A DNA stretch of 64,000 nucleotides from Octopus bimaculoides. Lineage: Eukaryota. Position numbers and translations under genes: made by a program. Below are positions 11,655 through 23,454 of the stretch, piece by piece. The stretch covers positions 114,859,863 through 114,923,862 of the forward strand of contig NC_068986.1 of NCBI RefSeq assembly GCF_001194135.2, read 5' to 3'. Under the pieces are notes generated by a model, which saw only the letters and a list, made by a program, of their open reading frames with translations, was not told where the DNA came from and did no database searches. Position 1 is the stretch's first letter; each line of letters opens with the position of its first letter.

Positions 11655-12272
11655 TCTTTCAACAACGAGGCTTCAAAGTTAAATTACAGTTTTATTCTTC
11701 CTTTTCATGAAGACATCTGCAAGTAAATCCCTCTCTTAACGCCACCAACTTCTGACCTGAAATAAAATAAAATAAAATATGTGGTTACTAAATAGTTTGT
11801 ATAATGTGTGACTTTTCAGACAAGGAATCAAATGTTAGTTATGCTGCTGTAACATATTAGAACTAACAAAAGTTGGAGTTGAGAAATTAAGCTGAAGGGA
11901 TACAATGTTGATCTCTGAAGAAGGCATATTTGTTTTTATTGAAGGACAATGGAATCACCAAAATACTTTAATTGGTCCTTCTTGCTGAGTTAATGAGTCA
12001 AGAAAACAACAAAGAAAAAAAAAACTGATTGGAATGATGAAATATTTAAATAAACATCTTTTAATTTTACTTTCACATGACTAATTTTTTTGATTTTGCC
12101 AGCAGGAAGTTCACTGCCAAATAAGAAATTTGTACGAAATAACAAATGTTCATTTGTTTGTCAGAAGAATCCACAACCTCACTTTCTGAATAAAGAACTT
12201 TTCAAAAGAAGCTTTCCTATTACAGAGAAAGGTTTTGAAATTATTGAACAGAAAACTGTTCACTCTCTTCTA

Positions 12273-12640
12273 CTTGTTTCAGACATTTGACTGCAGCCAT
12301 GCTGGAGCACCACCTTAAAGGATTTTTTAGTCGAAGAAATTGACTCCAGGACCTATTTTTTTGTTAGCTTAGTACTTATTCTATTGGTCTCTTTTGCTGA
12401 ACTGCTAAGTCATGGGGGATGTAAGCACACCAACATTGGTTGTCTAGCGATGGTGGTGGTGGTGGGGGTTGGGACAGACACAAAGACATGCACACATAAA
12501 TACATACATATATATACAATGAGCTTCTTTCAGTTTCCGTCTGCCCAATCCACTCACAAAGGTTTGATGGGCCCAAGTCTGTAGTAGAAGACACTTGCCC
12601 AAGGTGCCATGCAGTGGGACTGAACCCGGAACCATGCGGC
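12273..12640 (-). mobile_element. SINE family A
   Basis: Homologous to the other family A copies. Confidence 0.85.
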
Positions 12641-12779
12641 AGAAACTGTTATTTGTCCTTAGTATTATTCCTCTTTCATCAAGGTAGAGAGCCTTTATCC
12701 TTCCAACAGGGATCTTGGTTACAAAACCACATTTAAGTTTGAGCAACAATATATACTTTTTAAGACAATACTAAAAACT

Positions 12780-13090
12780 TGATTGAAATATGTTTTTTTG
12801 ATTCAAAACATTATCCATGCATCTGTTTTCTCCATTCTGTGGGGGTAGAATCCTCAAGCACCCACTCCATAGGGTCCTGTCAGAAGCAACTCTCTTCTGG
12901 CTGGATACCCAAGCATAATGAACTGAGACTATGGGGTATTATTCAACCATCTCATTCTTGGTCTACCCCTAGGTTTCCTGCCAGTCAGTTAAGCTTGAAG
13001 AATCCATCTTGTGACATCCTAATCACATCTGTAGTGCCAGAGCCAAGACCTCTTAATGCATACAAGTAGCAGCTTGACCAGGAGAGACCC
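12780..13090 (-). mobile_element. RTE-clade LINE 3' fragment
   Basis: Minus strand encodes PRGRPRMRW. Confidence 0.55.
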
Positions 13091-14619
13091 CCCCCCCTAA
13101 TTTCTGAGCTATGCACCTCATCAAGTAATGTTAGTCCAGAGAACCCTGTTTCAGCTGCTTGTATTCACAATTGTACTTTCTTGATTATTACCAAAAATTT
13201 TTCTATAAATTTGTAGTTTACTAAAAAAAAGTCACATGTTCTGTTAATAGGCACACTGTTTTGTCCATGGTTCTTGCTTTCTGGAGTCCAAAACTCTAAG
13301 ACTTGAACAATGAGAAATTTAAACTGGTGTCTATTCTTGGAAACCTGAGATTCGTTTTTTATTTCCACTTCCCAGGAATGACGAGTTCCATAAAACGTTT
13401 TAAATATAAGAACATTGCTGGGCACATGGAATTGTCTTTGTAGTAATAATGCCCAAGAGGATGTACACTTTCATAAATTAAATTCTACAATAATTTTGTC
13501 GTTTTGTTTGAATGTCTGTTGGTTCTGGGGTCATCAAAATGTGATAAGAGCAACTTATCCATGTATGTGAAGGACCAACTTTCACAAGACCCTCATAACC
13601 TCTACGAAATATTACTACCAAGATAAAAAAAAAAAAGTTTATAAAGGTTTCGATTAATTTATAATTTAGGCACAAATGACTTTTTTTTTTTTTTTTTGGT
13701 GGGGGGTAGTCGATACTATCGATTCTAGTACTTGATTGGCACTCTCTATTTTGACTCCCGGAGTGACCTTGACAGAATTTGAACTCAGAACATAAAGAGC
13801 CAAGAGAAACACTGCATGGCGCTTTGTCCCTAGCTCTAACGATTCGGCCAGATCGTCGCCTGAAGCTTTCATTATAAAAACTACCAATAAACACACCTAA
13901 CACATCATCTCACTCCAGAAAACAAACCGTCAATTCCCCTTTGTCCATCCATACCGATTATCTGAGCACGTTAATCGTTTACACAGTATTTGTAAATAGA
14001 CGACAGCTTCTGCTTTGTGTAAACCATTGCATTGTTCATACATTATAACTTGAAGTTTTGCGGTAGAAATAACGGGGGGAGGGGGGAGGGTAAAGAACAC
14101 GTACGCCACCCGTTTTCGGCGTAACAAAAACCCTAACACTAAACACCGGCTGTACGTATTCTTTATTTTCGTAAGAAATAACGAACTGAAATACAAGCAG
14201 GAGTCATCAACACAAAATGACAAATTATCTGAGAAATAATTTACAGAGGAGAGACAGTCTAATGTATCGACACGGGTATTGGATCATTGATATTAAAAAC
14301 ATAGAAACAATATGTAAATATCATCTCACCTGAAAACAAGGTTCTTCTTATATTTGTTTGGGGGATCTTGGAGTACAACGCAACATCGATTATAATACTT
14401 TAGTAATAAGAATTTTAAACAAACGAAGACAGAATTTTTGTGGCTAAATCTCGACAAACACCAGGTTGAGATGAGTAATTTACGGCAAATCAAAGTACTT
14501 TATAGGATAGAATAACAAATAGACAATTACAGATCACAAGTTGAAGTCCTACAAGACACAATATAAATAAAAATGAGATGGTACGCTATACTCCAAGACC
14601 ATAGACAGTCAACAACAAC

Positions 14620-14760
14620 ATTATATAATTGTCACTATACAGCTGGTAGATAGCTACAATATATATAATTATCACCATACAGCCGTAGATAGCCGATGTC
14701 TGTATATAATTATCACCATACAGCCGTAGATAGCCGATATCTATATATAATTATCACTCT
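14620..14760 (+). repeat. ~39-bp tandem repeat, ~3.5 copies
   Basis: The unit atatataattatcaccatacagccgtagatagccgat repeats directly. Confidence 0.8.
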
Positions 14761-14955
14761 AGAGCTCGTAGGCAGCCACATACTTTCCCGCTCTCGCCTT
14801 TCATTCATTTACAATGTTTTATAAAAACCAAGATGGCAAGATACAAACGAATTTCATTGGTCTGCTTTGATCATGTGACCGTAATGGATTACAGGCTGAT
14901 ACATACGAGTTCTAGGTTAAGGGAAATAACTCTCAATTTACACGTGCATCGATGT

Positions 14956-15004
<49 letters not shown>

Positions 15005-15139
15005 NNNNNNNNNNAGGTCTCTTACCGGTTGCCAAGCGATGGTGAGGGCCAAACACATACATAAACACACACACACACACACTTATTCTTCTCGGACAAG
15101 ACTAAAACATATAAGATAGAAACACACACGATAGCCTTT

Positions 15140-15600
15140 TAGACAATTGTATAACACAGAAATGCAGGCGCGCAATCCGACCCCGGGGATTCCTTCGATG
15201 TGTTGATGGGAGCCTACGACAGCACCGACGTATGTGATCTCAATAGACTATACATCCTGGACACCTTAGGGAAGAAGTTCGATCTCTGCAGAGATGATGC
15301 TCTGACCGTCTCTAGAGGAGCCAGTGGCTACACACGTCATCGGATTAGAAAGGACCTGATTAGCGCCATAAGTTCTATGGGACTCAAAACAACTATTGAG
15401 ACCAACTTCATCACCGTGGACTTCCTAGATGTCACTCTAGACTTGGGTTCCGGTACACACAGGCCATACCGCAAAAGACCGCACCTCCTATATGCCGGGC
15501 CCTATCACCCGCAAAAGCAAACGCCGCCGGAACGTTGTTCGGTTTAACCCCCCACCACTTCTCGCACAAAGTCAAGACTTATCTTCTCATAACCTTTCTT
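15140..15600 (+). mobile_element. Penelope-like retroelement RT fragment
   Basis: ORF 15200-15547 reads MGAYDSTDVCDL..LYIL..CRDDAL..RIRKDLI..GLKTTIETNFITVDFLDVTLDL..RPYRK. A second frame then gives RKSKRRRNVVRFNPP, like the NIIWFNPP linker of Penelope ORFs. Confidence 0.85.
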
Positions 15601-15815
15601 TGTTGTTTCTCTTCTGAGTCTTTGCTGAGATCAGTAAGCCTTGCACTTCTCGGTTTATTCAGGCCACCCGTAAGTCTTCTTGAGAACTTCACAACCAGAC
15701 TGTTTCATTTCATTGGTTGATGTATTTATTTTTGATGTTGTTGTTTAGCAGATGCTTGAAGGCTCTCTGTAATTATTTTAGGCCTCTTCCATCTTTTCTT
15801 CTAACATAAATTCTG

Positions 15816-15890
15816 TCAAACATCTTGACCAGCTGCAGGTCCATTCAAGATGGTTGCCTGTAGAACTCGGGAGTATAAATTTTTATTATC
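15816..15890 (-). mobile_element. Possible Helitron/Pif1 helicase remnant
   Basis: VLQATILNGPAAGQDV resembles the recalled Helitron helicase motif IEATILTGxxxGEDVFIPRI. Confidence 0.4.
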
Positions 15891-15944
15891 ATTTTTATTA
15901 TTGGAGCATCCGAATTCCGAAGCAACATGATGGGCGCCCCTCTT

Positions 15945-16435
15945 CAGAACATTCCAGGAAGTAGTTCCTCCCCTTGCTTGGAACTTTCTAGGAAGTAATT
16001 CCTCCTCCCTTTCCTTGGAACTTTCCAGGAAGTAATTCGCCTCACCATCCTCGGAACTTTCCAGGAAGTAATTCCCCAACTTCAGAACATTCCAGGAAGT
16101 TATTCATCCTCCCCTTCCTTGGAACTTTCCTGGAAGCAATTCCTCCCCTCCTCGGAACTTTCCAGGAAGTAAATCCCACCACTCCTCGGAACTTTCCAGG
16201 AAGTAATTCGTTCCCTCCCTCGGAACTTTTCAGGAAGTGATTCCCCCCTCCTCAGAACTTTCCAGGAAGTAATTCCTCCCCATCCTCGAAACTTTCCATG
16301 AAGTAATTCCTCCCCTCGTCCCCTTCCTTGGAACTTTCCAGGAAGTAATTCGCCCCTCCTCGGAACTTTCCAGGAAGTAATTCCTCCGTCTCCCCCTCCT
16401 CGGAACTTTCCAAGAAGTAATCCGCCCCCCTTTCC
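15945..16435 (+). repeat. ~30-40 bp minisatellite, ~14 units, core GGAACTTTCCAGGAAGTAATT
   Basis: Units read directly from the sequence. Confidence 0.9.
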
Positions 16436-17158
16436 TCCTTATTTTTTACATGGATATGATAAGCAAGTCTTCATAAGTGTCTCTCCTGCTTATTTTGTCA
16501 CATTTTTTCAACCAGCTCTATTGATGGCTTTGATAGTGTCACAAATTCCCCAAATTGTACTTAATTAACGATAGTTTTATTGGCCAATAAAATGTCTAAT
16601 TAGTTATTATAGATATTTGGATAGACGCATCTATTTCATTAAAAAGTGGCTCTAGCCCATAAAGTTCTGAAAATACACTGTATATCTATAAATAAACTGT
16701 TTACATTTATAGTCAGTATTTTGTTAATAAATTTGTTAATCTCAAGATTAGATGAGGAAGAAATTAAAAGCTTCGGAAAGTTGAAGCAAAATGCTTCCTG
16801 GTGGGCATATCGGGAACTGAACAACTATGGAATAAATTATGAGACTTCTTTGTTTTATCGTCGTGAAGATGTGTGGCCTAGTGATTAGGGTGTTACATTA
16901 ATGATCATGGTCTCGATTCCCAGATCTGGCGGAGCGTTGTATTCTTGATTAAAACATTTTATTTCACATTGCTCCAGTCTGCTAAGCTGTATTCACCTTT
17001 AACTAATCTTCGGTTACGCGAAGACGCTACAAAATTTGCTCTTTTGTGAATATTACGTGAAAATCTTTGTAATACTCTTATAACTTTCTTTGTTTTTTTG
17101 TGAAACATTGTCTCCTAAAGTGCAGGTCACATTTTAAAAAGCCATTGTAGTTATTTCG

Positions 17159-18232
17159 GAGGACGTCGGACTTAGGAAGCACCAACAAGTTGGAATTTCT
17201 CCGTTTTGACAGGGATTTTTCAGATGCTTTTTTTCACGGTGTCCTTGGAAATGCTCTGGACTACCTCTTTAGTGAAAAAAGAAAAAAGAAAAAAACTTGC
17301 GAAAAATGATGTTTTTTTTTACGCTCCACCCCCAACCAATTTTGATCGATTTTGTGAGCACTATGTACAATGATTTTTTGGGGCACTACGCACTTAAAAA
17401 CTATAATAGGAGCCTTTTCGGTAAAAAAAAAAAAAAAAGAAGTAAATATTCTTTTCTACTCTAGGCACAAGGCCCGAAATTTTGGGTGAGTGGACCAGTC
17501 GATTTGATCGACTCCCACTACGCAAATGGTACTTATTTTATCGACCTCGTAAGGATGAAAGGCAAAGTCGACCTCGGCAGAATTTGAACTCAGAACATAA
17601 AGACAGACGAAATACCGCTAAGCATTTTGTTCGGCTTGCTAACGTTTCTGCCAGCTCACCACCATAGAAAAAAAGAAATATTGTCAGACGAAAAGGAGTG
17701 TGATTAAAGGGAGAGTTGGTTGTTGTTTCTAGCATATCTCACGACCACCTTCCTCATTTCTTTCTCACTGTCAAGTATTGCTGTTTTTCAATATTTCCCC
17801 TCCATTAATAGCATAAACTCATTTATGCTATCAAAAAACTTTTTACTGAACATTTGATCTTTTTCAGCCCTAAACCTTATCGGTCATGGGATATGCTAGA
17901 AACAACAGCCAAATTTCCCTTAAATCACACACTCTTTCGTCTGAAAATATTTACTTTTTTTTTTTTTAACGAAAATGCTTCTCCTGTAGTTTTCAAGTGC
18001 GTAGTGTTCCCCAAAATCATTGTGCGTAGTGCCCACAAATCGAAAGGAGGAAATGGGGGTGGGGGTGTAACCCCCCCCCCCCCTCCCATCATTTTTCGGA
18101 AATTTTTGTTGCTTAAAAGATAGTTCAGAACATTTGCAAGAGCACCGTGAAAAACAAAAATTCTGTAAAGAAAATCCCCGTCAAAACGGAGAAATTTCAA
18201 CTTTTTGGTGCTTCCCAAATCCAATATCCGTC
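17159..18232. mobile_element. Non-autonomous long-TIR (MULE/foldback-like) DNA element
   Basis: Inverted arms of ~350 bp at 17159-17746 (interrupted by a SINE) and 17882-18232, with a 135-bp spacer. Flanked by gttatttcg / gttatttct (8/9-bp TSD at 17150-17158 and 18233-18241). Confidence 0.7.
17451..17667 (-). mobile_element. SINE family B (MIR/CORE-like) nested in a TIR arm
   Basis: ggcgagctggcagaa...gagttcaaattc...ctttcatcc consensus; TSD-like aaaaaaagaa(gta)aatatt on both sides. Confidence 0.85.
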
Positions 18233-19320
18233 GTTATTTCTGTTGAAAGCATCACAACAAACACACTCGTAAATTGGGAGTGATTTCCCCTTATGTGCAA
18301 CTCTTCTAACTATAAACCAAAAAAGACTAAATGACGTAAAACGAAAACCGGAGTTGATTGATTGATTATATTTTATAAGATACCAGTCATATACTACGAC
18401 ACCTACTCTACAAAATCCTTCACTACATACATCCATTATGTCTTTGGTATTTTCACAAAGAAGAACTTCTCCTGAAATAACTTGAGAAACAGGAAATTCT
18501 GAGTAGTGACAGTTGGCACACTCACACTTACGTGCGCGCACGCACTGATTGATGTTAGGAAATTTAAAGAGATCGATACATCGAGGTGGGTTATTGTCTG
18601 TTTATGTTTCGTCTTTCTGCTTGATATAGTTAGTTGTTTCCCCACTTGAGATTGATACAGTAGAATTTGTTATGTTAATCTTTCTGTTACATATTTCATT
18701 ATTATATAATTTATTTCTTGAGAAGTAAATTATTGATTATCATTTATATTAGTGCGATTCGAACTAGTCTATTCTCTCCAGCTTCTTTTTAACCCCGTGT
18801 TAATATTAAACATGTTTTTTTTTTAGCTCTAGGGCTCATTATAGACCGGTTACCCGGTATCCATGCCCTATATAAGCGACCGAGATAACTTAGGAAAGTA
18901 ACGCAATTAAAACAGGGGCCAACAATAACGAGAGAAATAAAACCTTCCCTCAATTAACGAAAAGAATAGGAAAATGAGTCAAAACAGTTTATTCATTCAT
19001 TTATCTCTAATTTCTGTTTTGAACATCGGAAATTCCGATTGAGCAGACGAAAATTTTCTAAATGAATTGATGTTGTTCCTCTCTTCACTTTTACTGATAC
19101 ACGCGCACATATTAATCTTTGGAAACTTTTTAACAAACCAAATTCATGTTTTGCTCTCCCATTTCACCCCTATCAAACATAAACATCGCTTCGTGTTACT
19201 TTTGTTTTATAGTACCTGGGGTTGGACATTTCAGATTCACATTATAGGCAGAATCACTCAGCATGGAACTATAGTATACACAAGAGATGCAACTCTTTAA
19301 ATTGTAACATTCTTGTAGAT

Positions 19321-19536
19321 ATTCTTTTCTATTCTAGGCACAACGCTCGATATTTTGGGGGAGGGGGGCCAGTCGATTAGATCGACCTCAGTACGCAAAT
19401 GGTACTCAATTTATCGATCCCGAAAGGATGAAAGGCAAAGTCGACCTCAGAGGAATTTGAACTCAGAACGTAAAGGCAGACGAAATACCGCGAAGCATTT
19501 CGCCCGGCGCGATAACGTTTCTGCCAACTCGCCACC
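19321..19536 (-). mobile_element. SINE family B
   Basis: Full length. Confidence 0.85.
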
Positions 19537-19734
19537 AGTGACTGGGTTATGTATATTCCTGTCTAGATTGTGCAGTGATGTCTGATGAAATGGTTTGGTT
19601 ATATTATTATAAAATGTAATACATTAATAAACAAATAAATAACTATTTTTTTGGAAACATATGTAACATAACTGAACAATTTCTCCCATTCATATATATC
19701 ATCATTATTTAACGTTCATGTACCATATTGGTGA

Positions 19735-19950
19735 AAGCACATGGCTCAGTGGTTAGAGCGTTGGGCTCACAATCATGTGGTAATGAATTTGATTCATGGG
19801 CTGGACTGTGTTGTGTTCTTGAGCAAGACACTTTATTTCACATTGTTCCAGTTCATTCAGCTGTAGAAATGAGTTGTGACGTCACTAGTGCCAAGCTGTA
19901 TCGGCCCCTTTGCCTTTCCCTTTGGATAACGTCAGTGGTGTGGAGAGGGG
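19735..19950 (+). mobile_element. tRNA-derived SINE family E
   Basis: Head atggctcagtggttagagcg...; related fragments at ~16870-16990, 33945-34097 and 57670-57797. Confidence 0.7.
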
Positions 19951-20460
19951 AGGCTGGTAGGCAGAAAATAGTGAGCCTGCTAATAAAAACACAAGTCTAG
20001 TCATGTTATTTCCATGCTGCTGTCTGGTTAGGGTTAGGGTTACTATTTTCAGTAACAAAATATGTTTTAAATCTGTGAATAATTGGTCAACAGTTAAGAG
20101 ACTCTATTGTAACAGTAGCAAGAGTAAGTTTGTTTTAATATTTCCTTACAAATAAAATTATTGTTTTCACGTGAAGTCATTATCATTTCTGAGATGCTGA
20201 AAGGAGTTGACAATTGTGATTCTCTTGTCTTTGATTCTAGAAACCTTTGAGATACTTTTTGACATTAGTCACTTCTGTAGAACTGGTAAATACTCATTAT
20301 ATAACTTATTGATAGTATTTAATATTTATTTCAGAAAATCTGTTTGAAAGAGGATTTTTCTATGGAAGATGCGAGTGTTGGAAGAGAAATTTAAATGTCT
20401 TCATTGAAACAAAGAACAAAAATTGTAAAATTTTAACCTTCAAGTTTCAATACTGAAAGA

Positions 20461-21642
20461 ATGTCTGAGGAAGTGGTAACATATTGCAGATGTGATACTT
20501 GTGGGAAAAAATGTAACTTATCTGTTTGTGAGTGCACTCATACAAAGGAAAATCCATATCACCGTGAAATATGTGAGGAAACATTTTCTGAAAAAGCTAA
20601 TCTAACAGAACATGAACATGGTCTCACTGACAAGAAAGTGCATCATTGTGAAATATGTGGGAAACAGTTTTCTCAATTTAGTACATTAACACGGCATAAA
20701 CGTATTCACAGCGGAGAGAAACCCTACCACTGCGAAATCTGTGGCAAAGCATTTGCTGAAAATTATTTTTTAACATTACACATACGTACTCACACTGGAG
20801 AGAAACCATATCAATGTAAAATCTGTGGAAAAGCCTTTTCTCAGATGAGTCATTTAGCAGGACATAAACATATTCACAATGAGGAAAAACCATACCACTG
20901 TGAAATGTGTGGGAAAGCTTTTTCTGAAATAAGCCTTGTAAGGAAACATAAACGTCTTCACAATGAGGAAAAACCACACCACTGTGAAATATGTGGAAAA
21001 GAATTTTCCATTAGTGCCAACTTAATACGACACAAACGAACTCATACTGGGGAAAAACCATATCAGTGTGAGATCTGTGCGAAAACATTTTCTGAAATTG
21101 GTCATTTAACAAGGCATAAACGTTTTCACACTGGAGAAAAGCCACACAATTGCGAAATATGTGGGAAAGCATTTTCTACAAGGGGTAATTTAACAGTACA
21201 CAAACGTATTCACACTGGGGAGAAACCTTATCACTGTGAAGTTTGTGGGAAAGCATTCTCTGATAGACGTTATATATATGTACACAAAAATACCCACACT
21301 GGAGAGAAACTATTTCCCTGTGAAATCTGTGGGAAAGCATTTTCTCAAGTTGGTCATTTGAAACGGCATAAATATATTCACACCGGGGAGAAACCATATC
21401 ACTGTGAAGTTTGTGGAAAAAACTTTTCAAACAGTGGCACCTTAGTAAGACATAAACGTGTTCACACTGGAGAAAAGCCACACCACTGTGAAATCTGTGG
21501 AAAAACATTTTCTCAAAATGGTGCTTTAACAAGTCATCAACGTATTCATACTGGAGAAAAGCCATTCACATGTGATGAATGTGGGAAAGCTTTTTCTACA
21601 AAAAGGTATCTTCGAAGACACGAACATGTACACTCATATTAA
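20461..21642 (+). CDS. C2H2 zinc-finger protein (393 aa, 12 intact plus 2 degenerate N-terminal fingers), ZNF-B
   Basis: ORF with TGEKP-linked fingers. Acceptor ttatttcag ends at 20334. A probable upstream non-coding exon lies at 20053-20123 (ttttcag ... AAGA/gtaagt). Confidence 0.93.
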   Translation: MSEEVVTYCRCDTCGKKCNLSVCECTHTKENPYHREICEETFSEKANLTEHEHGLTDKKVHHCEICGKQFSQFSTLTRHKRIHSGEKPYHCEICGKAFAENYFLTLHIRTHTGEKPYQCKICGKAFSQMSHLAGHKHIHNEEKPYHCEMCGKAFSEISLVRKHKRLHNEEKPHHCEICGKEFSISANLIRHKRTHTGEKPYQCEICAKTFSEIGHLTRHKRFHTGEKPHNCEICGKAFSTRGNLTVHKRIHTGEKPYHCEVCGKAFSDRRYIYVHKNTHTGEKLFPCEICGKAFSQVGHLKRHKYIHTGEKPYHCEVCGKNFSNSGTLVRHKRVHTGEKPHHCEICGKTFSQNGALTSHQRIHTGEKPFTCDECGKAFSTKRYLRRHEHVHSY

Positions 21643-22009
21643 AAAGAAACCATTTACTCATCATAATTACTTAAATATGCTCAAAGTCATTCATACAAGT
21701 AGAAGACTGTTAAGATATAAATTTTGTGGGAAAGGATTTTCTGATTCCAATGACTTAGGAAGCACAAATATAATTTATTTTGGGGAAAATAGGTTTACCA
21801 TTATGAAATTTGGTGGAAATCATTTTCTCCAACCAATCACTTATCCATACATAGATGTCTTTTAGAAAAAAACCGATTTGGCTGTGAACTTTCAGAGAGA
21901 ATAATATTGGCTGTTAATCACTACATGTGACTGTTAAAATGTTGTATTTGCAATGTATAAAAAGTATTCTATGGAATTATGGTAAATCTATTTCTAAGAA
22001 TTGTTATTT

Positions 22010-22265
22010 AGGGTTGATGCCAGTGCTGCCTGACTGGCTCCTGTGCCGGTGACATGTAAAAAGCATTATTTGAGTGTGGTCAATGCCAGTTCTGCCTGAT
22101 TGGCCCCTGTGCCAGTGGCATGTAAAAATCACCCACTACACTCTTGGAGTGGTTGGCGTTAAGGACATCCACCTGTAGAAACCTTTCCAGATCAGATTGA
22201 AGCCCGAGTCCTCAGTCAAACTGTCCAACCCATGCCAGCATGGAAAGCAGATGTTAAACGATGAA
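22010..22265 (+). mobile_element. RTE-tail short element, family C
   Basis: aaaagcacccactacactc...catgccagcatggaaagcggacgttaaacgatg consensus. Confidence 0.8.
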
Positions 22266-22357
22266 GTGTCATTTGTACATATGTATAACAAGATAGTGTA
22301 TGACTGCTGCTGCTGCTGTGTTATCCCTGAATAATGTTTGAGACATTATTGTGGCTG

Positions 22358-22565
22358 TCAAGGCAGTGAGCTGGCAGAACCATTAGTGTGCTGAACAAGA
22401 TACTTAGTGGTATTTTGCCTGTTGCTACATTCTGAGTTCAAATTCCAGCGAGGTTAACTTTGCCTTTCATCCTTTCAGGGTTGATAAATTAAGTACTGGG
22501 GCCGATTTTATTGACTAGTCCCCTCCTCCCAATATTCAGGCCTTGTGCCTATAGTAGAAAGGATT
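22358..22565 (+). mobile_element. SINE family B
   Basis: Full length; flanked by attattgtggctgtca on both sides (TSD-like). Confidence 0.85.
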
Positions 22566-23454
22566 ATTGTGGCTGTCATCCTAACTTGAAACTGAAATCT
22601 GAAGTCATGCTCAAAATTCAACTGGAAATTCTTTGGATTAGAATATCAAATTCTTTTATATGATACTCACCTTCCCTGGTAACCTCTGAGATTTTGAGAA
22701 GAAATTAAAAAATTTTTCTCATGTTTATATATTTTAATGAATATTATGTTATGTTGATGGATAATAAACATTATTTTGATATAAAAATCAGGTGCATTTT
22801 TATGATTGTTTGTCGTGACTTATGTATGACGTTATACATTTTTTGAGCTAGCATGTTCAGTCACTATTTTCACATTACAAACAACACATCCATCAATGAG
22901 TTGTGATAATATTTTATTCAATATGCATAAATCAAGTCATCATGTTTTCATCTTAATCTAAGATTTACTGATCTATTTTCCTCTTTGCAACAAGATTTAA
23001 AATTGGATTGCTTGGTATTTGATACTGTTGCTACATCAATCTTCCTCAGTTTATGTCACTTCAACTTCTACATACATTTCTTTGCAATAATGTATTCCAC
23101 AAGAGAAAAAGGAAAGCTGTAATTTCAGGACAACATTGTAATAAATTCTAGGCACTCATGACAAAACAATAAACTTAGGTTTGCAGCCACCAACTACAAA
23201 TTCCCCCCCCACCCCCAAGTATGATCTCCATCATGTCCAAATCCTTTGTTGGTATGTCTTCTAATTATAAACTACAGACAGAGTAAGGGTAATGGAGAAT
23301 TTACAGCATAGCAGCTTGCACAAGGTACCATCCATTGTGATTAGGAGAGGGAACTTATTAAAGCAGACACTGAGTTTTAATGACAGCAGCTAATAGCTTG
23401 AGTCTGCTTCGTGTCTATACTTTTACACTCAAGTCTTCTTGTTAGCTGTTTTAA

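Noticed and set aside
17159-18232. Inverted repeat as the symmetry centre of the duplication that created the head-to-head ZNF pair
   Set aside because: Homology stops sharply at TSD-like gttatttc flanks and does not extend towards the genes, so a transposon explains it better.
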